This document shows positions 58,401 through 64,000 of a stretch of 64,000 nucleotides of DNA, one piece after another. Position 1 is the stretch's first letter, and each line of letters begins with the position of its first letter. The notes beneath the pieces are model-generated. The model had not been told where the DNA came from. It worked only from the letters and a program-made list of their open reading frames with translations, and ran no database searches. The stretch spans positions 496,001 through 560,000 of the forward strand of contig OZ025653.1 of assembly GCA_964019335.1 (NCBI GenBank), given 5' to 3'. A program made the position numbers and the translations under genes. This DNA is from Diplonema japonicum (lineage: Eukaryota; Protista; Euglenozoa: Diplonemea).

Positions 58401-58945
58401 CCCGACACAGGCTGCTGCTGGTACAGCTGCTCAGCGTACTTCACGTCGAACCTTAAGAAGTCGATGGACTCAACAGCAGCATCGATCTCCGCCTGCCACA
58501 CCGTCTTCGACTGCCCCAGCATGGTCGAAGCAAGAATGTCGGACCTGTACTTCGTCGCCATCAGGTCTGCCGCCTTCAGCCAGATCGCAGCCCTGTGCTG
58601 GAAGGGCATGTTCTCCCACTCTTTCTTTGCCCCCATCGCCGCCTTGCACGCCTGGTCCAGGGCGTCCTTCGTTCCGTAGGAGAAAGTGCAAAGAGTCTTC
58701 TTGTTCTCGTGAGGGATCTCCCTCGCCACCTTTTCAGAGGTGTGCACCTCCTTCCCGTTGATCACCGCAGGGATGTCCCACTGCTCGGAGCTCATCTTCT
58801 TCACAGAGGCGATCACATCCTCCCTCTCCTGCGAACCGGGGGCGTAGTCCAGGAGGGGCTCGTTCTTGATCTCGGGCACACGGTACGTCCCGTTCACACC
58901 TCCGTGGAACGCCCTGCGGGTGATCTTGCTGGTGCTGCTCCTCAT
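55445..58945 (-). CDS. ALDH4A1: P5C dehydrogenase copy 2; terminal intron (55518-57341) expanded by a transposon
   Basis: Exon 1 (57342-58945) encodes the same protein as copy 1; the last exon (WVSARSIKETFLPLRGINYPSMA*) is at 55445-55517; both splice sites are intact. Confidence 0.92.
55884..55961 (+). other. Degenerate tRNA-like Pol III cassette inside the TIR element
   Basis: A-box TAGTCTAGTTGG, anticodon-like arm TTTGCC/GGCGAA, B-box GGTTCAAACCC, then a T-run; acceptor stem is poor. Confidence 0.45.
56987..57071 (+). pseudogene. tRNA-Asp(GTC)-like sequence (pseudo-tRNA or SINE head) inside the TIR element
   Basis: Acceptor TCCTGTG/CGCAGTG, D-stem GGTA/TACC, loop CTGTCA, T-arm CGGG-TTCGAAT-CCCG, T6 terminator; the anticodon stem does not pair. 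Confidence 0.55.
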
Positions 58946-59105
58946 TTTAGTGTTTTTTGCAACAAATACTAATAGCCTGTGTGTGCGTTATATTTGCTTC
59001 GGCGTCACACACGCATCAAGTGAATACAAAGATACACATTACAGACTGTACATCTATGTTTTCCACGAGATTGGTCTGAAGGCCTGTTCGTGGCCCTGAC
59101 TCAAT

Positions 59106-62100
59106 CTAGCAAGGGGATCTGTGTGTACAGCGGAGGCAGCAAGAAGGCCGTCCCGTGTGCCAGACACACCGAGAAGCCTTTCGTAAGCCTGGGCTGAAAT
59201 TGGGGGTCCGGACGAATTCGGATTTGTTTTTGATTTGGATTTCAAAGCGCTTCTCAGGACTGGCGAGGGGCTGGCTGTCGTCACGGAGCATCCAGGGGGC
59301 CGCGGGGGTGTACGTTGAGGTGAAGGAAGAGTCTTCCTCTCAAGCATTTCGTCAGCAAGCTTGGCGCTCTCCCTTGCAACGCTGCTTGCCTGCGAGATGA
59401 TAAATCACGTAATTAGTGCTACATACCCTGATGGCTCTGTCTTTGGACACCTGTGCCAGCATGCTTTTGTGGTGCCGCTGCCTTTCTGCAAGGATCGCTT
59501 CTTCCGCGTTTTTGATGAGCCGTCTGTTGTCACTGTCACGCTTCTTCTGCTCAGCAACCATGCGCTTCTCGTGCTGCAGTGCCACGCTTACCGTTGCGTC
59601 CCTTAAAAGGTTCTGACGCACAAGCTCAGAGGCTGCTTTGCGCTGGTTGGCATTAAGGTTGTTCTTTCTTCGTTGCAACTCAAGTGCATCAAGTGCTTCC
59701 TCCTTCCTGCTGTGCTGGGTGACACGATGCTTAACGATACCCATCGTTTGTGCCCAGAATTCCTTTTCTGTGTGGTGCCACTCCGACACACGAAGCGCGC
59801 CCTGCATCGCATCCTCACGCTGCTGCTCCCTGTTGCGTGTTGATGTGGACGAAAAGAAACATACTGTAGCTCCTTGCGTTGCCTCGCATTCTGCAACTTT
59901 GAATCCACCATGCCCGTCTTCCTCAGCGTGTGCACCCTCTGCACTTCTACGATGCCACGCCTCCGCCTTTCTTCGTTCTGCTGAAACTTTTTCAAAATGT
60001 TCTCTTGTTCAGCTTCCTTTATCTCCATCGAGCGTGTTTGATTCTTTGCTAGCCGCTCGCGCTTCCTCTCTAGCTCTCTCTGCTTTCCCTCCTCTTGTGC
60101 TATCCTCTCCATACCCTTCTGTCTTTCGAGCTCTGCGCGCTCATCCATAGCAGCTTTGATAAGCTGTACTTCTTCCTGAGTTCTTCCTAAAACTAGAGCT
60201 TCCTCTGCTGCGGCTCTTGAGGCTGCTGCTGTGGTGCACTCTTGTGTTGTCATGGAGGGCTTGTGGTAGAGCTCGCTCATGGCATCTTGCAGGGCTTTGA
60301 GCTGCTTGCGTTGCTGCCGCACAGCAAGCTCTTCGGCCTCGAGCCTCTCAAGCCGCTCACGTTTTGCTTGCTCTCTGAGCCCAGCTTCTTTTTTGCTGCG
60401 CATCTCGGCTTCCTGAAGACCACTTGTCCACATGTCGTTGTGCAGTCCCCTCCACTGCGTCACCACACCCAGCTCGATCGTGTCCCGTGCCTCACGTTCA
60501 CGATCTGAAACTACATTACGTGACTTGTCGTGTGTCTTGACTAGCGCAGACCGCATCTGCAACCGCTTCGCGATGCTTTTCAGAACTTCTTCGTTCGCTC
60601 GCAGAGATGCTGCAGCACGCTCGAAGTCACTTAGCTTGTACCTCGCGAAGCGGTGCAGCACGCCTATGTGCTTCCGCAGCGCTTCGCTGCGCAGTGATTC
60701 CAACCTGTGCTGCGTGTGGGACTTCAAAAAAACCTTTGTTTTCCCTAACTGCGCCTCTTCCTCCGAAAAGCCTACGTGCGTGAGGACAGATCTACAGGTG
60801 GACTCAACATCACCTGTGATGTGCTGCAGCAGGCATTTGAACCTTGCTGAGAAGGCCTCCTTCGCGATACGGACCGGGTACCCCGCCTTGCGGATAGCGA
60901 CTGTCTCCAACACGCCAGAGGACTTCAGCTGCGACATTACCATGTTACCATCGAAGAGGCCGGAGCGCTTCTCGGAGTTGGGCTTGATGCACCTGATCCA
61001 AGAGGGGGACGTGGTACGGATGAGCTGCATGAGGTCGTCCAGTTGCGAGGTAAACGCAGAGACGACGGACTTGGGCTTCTGCGTCGGTGTGGGGAGCAGG
61101 CCCGCGATGAGCTTATCCTTCGAATGCTGCATGAGGACAACAAGGTCTTCTTTCAAGGTGTCTAAGTTCTTGGAGCCCCAGTTGAGGACTGTGTAGGGGA
61201 CTTCTGCTGCGTAGTGGTTCACGCGGAAAAGTGCTCGGTCGAGTTGCTTGCGGTAGAAGGAACGGTGCGACTCAAAGGCATCGGTGACCTTTGCTAGTAG
61301 AGACTCGTCATCTGCAGGGTTGATCTGCGACTGGTCGTCTAGTAGTGCAAGAATGCCACCTCTGCCCGAGATCAACTCTACAGTGTCCGTGTTGTCGTGA
61401 AAGGTGACGTACTGCGAGTCGATGCCTTCCGTCTGACACTCCGCCATGTCCGCCTTGAAGATGTGCTCGTTGTAGTGGTTCTGCAGCATTTCATTCGTCA
61501 GGTTGATGCACAACTGTTCAAGGTCGTTTTCCTTGAACTTCTCGAACCCGAAGATGTCCAGGAGCCCTATCCACGTCGCACACGCATGCTCGCCGTTCAT
61601 CGTTTTGTTGATCGAACTTATGAGCCACTCGAAGAGTCTCTTGTACAGACCTTTGCACAACGAGTCGCGCGTGGCAGTTGCCTGTGCAGCAGTTAGGTTC
61701 TTCTTCACCATTGAACCACGGAGTTTGAAGATCTTGGTGGTGAGCTGGTCCTCGAGGTCGTTGGAAGAGACACCCCATGCACATGCTGCTTGTTTCAGGT
61801 ATTTCCCTGTCTCCGGCATGACGGCGGCGCACCCTTCCTTCTCGAAGAAAACAACGCGTGTTGCGTGCAGAATGCCAGCGATGACCGCCCAGATGGACCA
61901 CTGCTGCGCCTCGGTCATGCCAATGGTGCGCAGTGCGTGGTTGGTTTCCGCAAAGGAAGCAGCGTCATCAACATGGGGTATGGTGATGGCAGATTTCTCG
62001 AGAATGGGGTATCTTTCGGGGCTTTCAAGCGAAAACAGTTTGCAAGCCTCGCTGCTGGAGAGCAGTTGATAATAACAGTGGAAAAGCCGTTCCTGAAGCC

Positions 62101-62839
62101 CGCAGGATATGACACGGGACTGTTCGAGGAGGTAGCTGGTAGTGAGCGCACCGCAGATCTGACCGGACGCATCGAACTGTACTTGAAGGAATTTCCCGAA
62201 GCGGGACGAATTGTCATTCCGAACAGTCTTAGCGTTCCCGAACGTCTCGAGCACAGGGGAGGTAGCGGTGATGCGAGTATGCAGTGTGCGTGAAAGATCG
62301 GACCCCGAGGTACGGGAGCAGCTCAGCTCACCAAGAAACCGCAGGACCAACTTCACAGCTTCTGTTTTCCCTGCACCAGAATCACCGGAAACAAGAACAG
62401 TCTGACTCTGCTGGGTGTCCATCATGCTCTGGTACACATCACGTCCTGTGCGCCACACGTGGGGTAGAACATCGCTATCTGCAAGGCAGTACTTCGGCAT
62501 CTGATCAGAAGAGTACCAAGGAATGTTGAACGTGAAAGGGTTTATAGATAATGATATCCTGCCTATATCAGTGTAGGTGACATTCTTAGTGAATCGCCTC
62601 TTTACTGCTTGTAGCAAGTGGCCTTCGTGTAGTTCTGTCAGGTCTAGTAAGTCGTGTGGCTCCTCTTCACACAGTGATACATTCATTACTGCGTGAACGA
62701 GCTCCAGCCTCGTTGTTACCTCCTCACCCTCATCTTCACATGGTTGCACGGCCACTTCATTTCCATCCACGCGAAGGATGCTCCCATAAGACCAGCTTGC
62801 CTTTGGAGACACGTATAGAACTAGCTGCCCACTCTTCAT
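59106..62839 (-). CDS. Myosin heavy chain (motor plus coiled-coil tail), at least 3 exons
   Basis: SGDSGAGKTE P-loop, LETFGNAKTVRNDNSSRFGKF, IGLLDIFGFE, LEQLCINLTNE, VNHYA, WIRCIKPN, LGKTKVFL; two GTATG...CAG introns in the tail. Confidence 0.93.
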
Positions 62840-64000
62840 TTGTGCATTTTCTGGTGGTGTTTTGCCTGAAGGGAGGGGGGTTGATATTTCGATAGAAATG
62901 AAAAGTGAGGGGGGGGAGGAAAAAAAAGTAATAAAAAAAATCTGGAGAAAGAGCGAGTGAATGAGAAAAAGAAAAGAAAAACAGGAAAAAAAAAAGTGGG
63001 ATGAAGGAAAGGGAGAATGGAGTAAATGCAACTTTCCATAAAGATGCAGATAGGTGGGAAGGGAAAAAAAAAAAAAAAAAAAAAAGCAAGAGATGGGGCT
63101 GGGACGAGATTAAAAAAAAAAAAAGAAAAAAAAAAAAAAAGGCACTACTATTTTTTTTTGTATCCTGTCTTTTTTTTTTTATTGTTTTTTTTTTTTGTTT
63201 GTCATTCATGTAAAAGATATGGGGCATAACTCTTTTTTAAGTAAAAAAAAAGCGTTATAAAAAAAATGTGGTTTTTTTTTAAAGGGTTTTTCTTTTTCTC
63301 ACGATATCTTTTGCAAACTTTTTTAAAAATTGGTTCATTTTTTGTCGTCAGCCTAGAACTAGCTGTTTCTATTCCACAGGAACAGATAAGTTTTTTTTTT
63401 ATTAGAGTAAAAAAAAAAGGGGGAGGAATGTTGAATAATTGATGCTAAAAATTGTCCAATAAGATAGAAAGGAAAAAAAAAAAATGTAAACAAAAATAAA
63501 AAATGGAATAGAGAGAGGGACACCCAGGGCAAAGTTATAGTGGGTTAGGAGGGGGAAAAGAAGGGAGGGGGGATATGATGCCCAGTGAGTGAATAAGAAA
63601 AGAGTGGCTTCACTGTGACTATAGAACCCCCCGAAGGGCATTCCAATTAAGGCACAGAGAAAGAAGGGGAAGAAAAAGAAAAAAAAGTAATGGTTGAATA
63701 TATAAATGGATGAACATGTGAGTCGAACTTGAGCATCATCTCTTTTGATTCATTATTCCTCCACAGGAAGGAGAAAAAAACCCTTTTTTTTTTTTAAATG
63801 TTTTCATGAACATAAATTGTACAGCAGAGAAGGAAAAGTAAAAGTTAAAGGTAAGGATGAGAACATTCTTTTTTTTTTTTTTTTTTTCCTGTTCCCCTCC
63901 CTGTTTCCTTTAATATTTTCTTTTAAATTTTCTTTTTCATTTTTTTTAAATAATTTTTGTACAGCCAAAAAAAAAAACTGTTACAAATCGACCCCGTCAT

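Noticed and set aside
2712-62839. Non-canonical introns, programmed frameshifts or an altered genetic code to explain the fragmented ORFs
   Set aside because: Every break I examined is resolved by a short GT-AG intron under the standard code.

Overview
Eukaryotic protist genomic DNA, most consistent with a euglenozoan and probably a diplonemid (inference). About 26 protein-coding genes all lie on the minus strand as one directional cluster, several only 70-220 bp apart. They are split by very short GT-AG introns (about 32-68 nt) with GTATG-type donors and A/C-rich acceptors that lack a polypyrimidine tract. Recognisable genes: CCCH zinc-finger protein, WDR59-like, FKBP, transmembrane CAMKK-like kinase, 3-RRM protein, RAP-domain protein, SRPK, nucleolin-like RRM protein, mitochondrial bL12, thioredoxin/PDI-like, TPPP/p25, longin-PPPDE fusion, LRR protein, ankyrin/SPRY, kinesin, UBL-ankyrin, AP-1 gamma adaptin, two P5C dehydrogenase copies and a myosin. 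Three mobile elements were found by eye. (1) A deleted Mutator/foldback-like element with a 9-bp TSD (18192-19746). (2) A 1.76-kb TIR element with a 3-bp TSD and tRNA-like Pol III cassettes, inside the intron of one P5CDH copy (55532-57293). (3) The most striking: a ~540-bp non-coding element whose 5' end is a near-canonical HDV-like self-cleaving ribozyme (29761-29897, minus), sense to the gene cluster. A ~40-nt intergenic motif occurs twice with substitutions that preserve a stem. Gene models were spliced by hand and are approximate. There is a 200-N assembly gap at 38139-38338.
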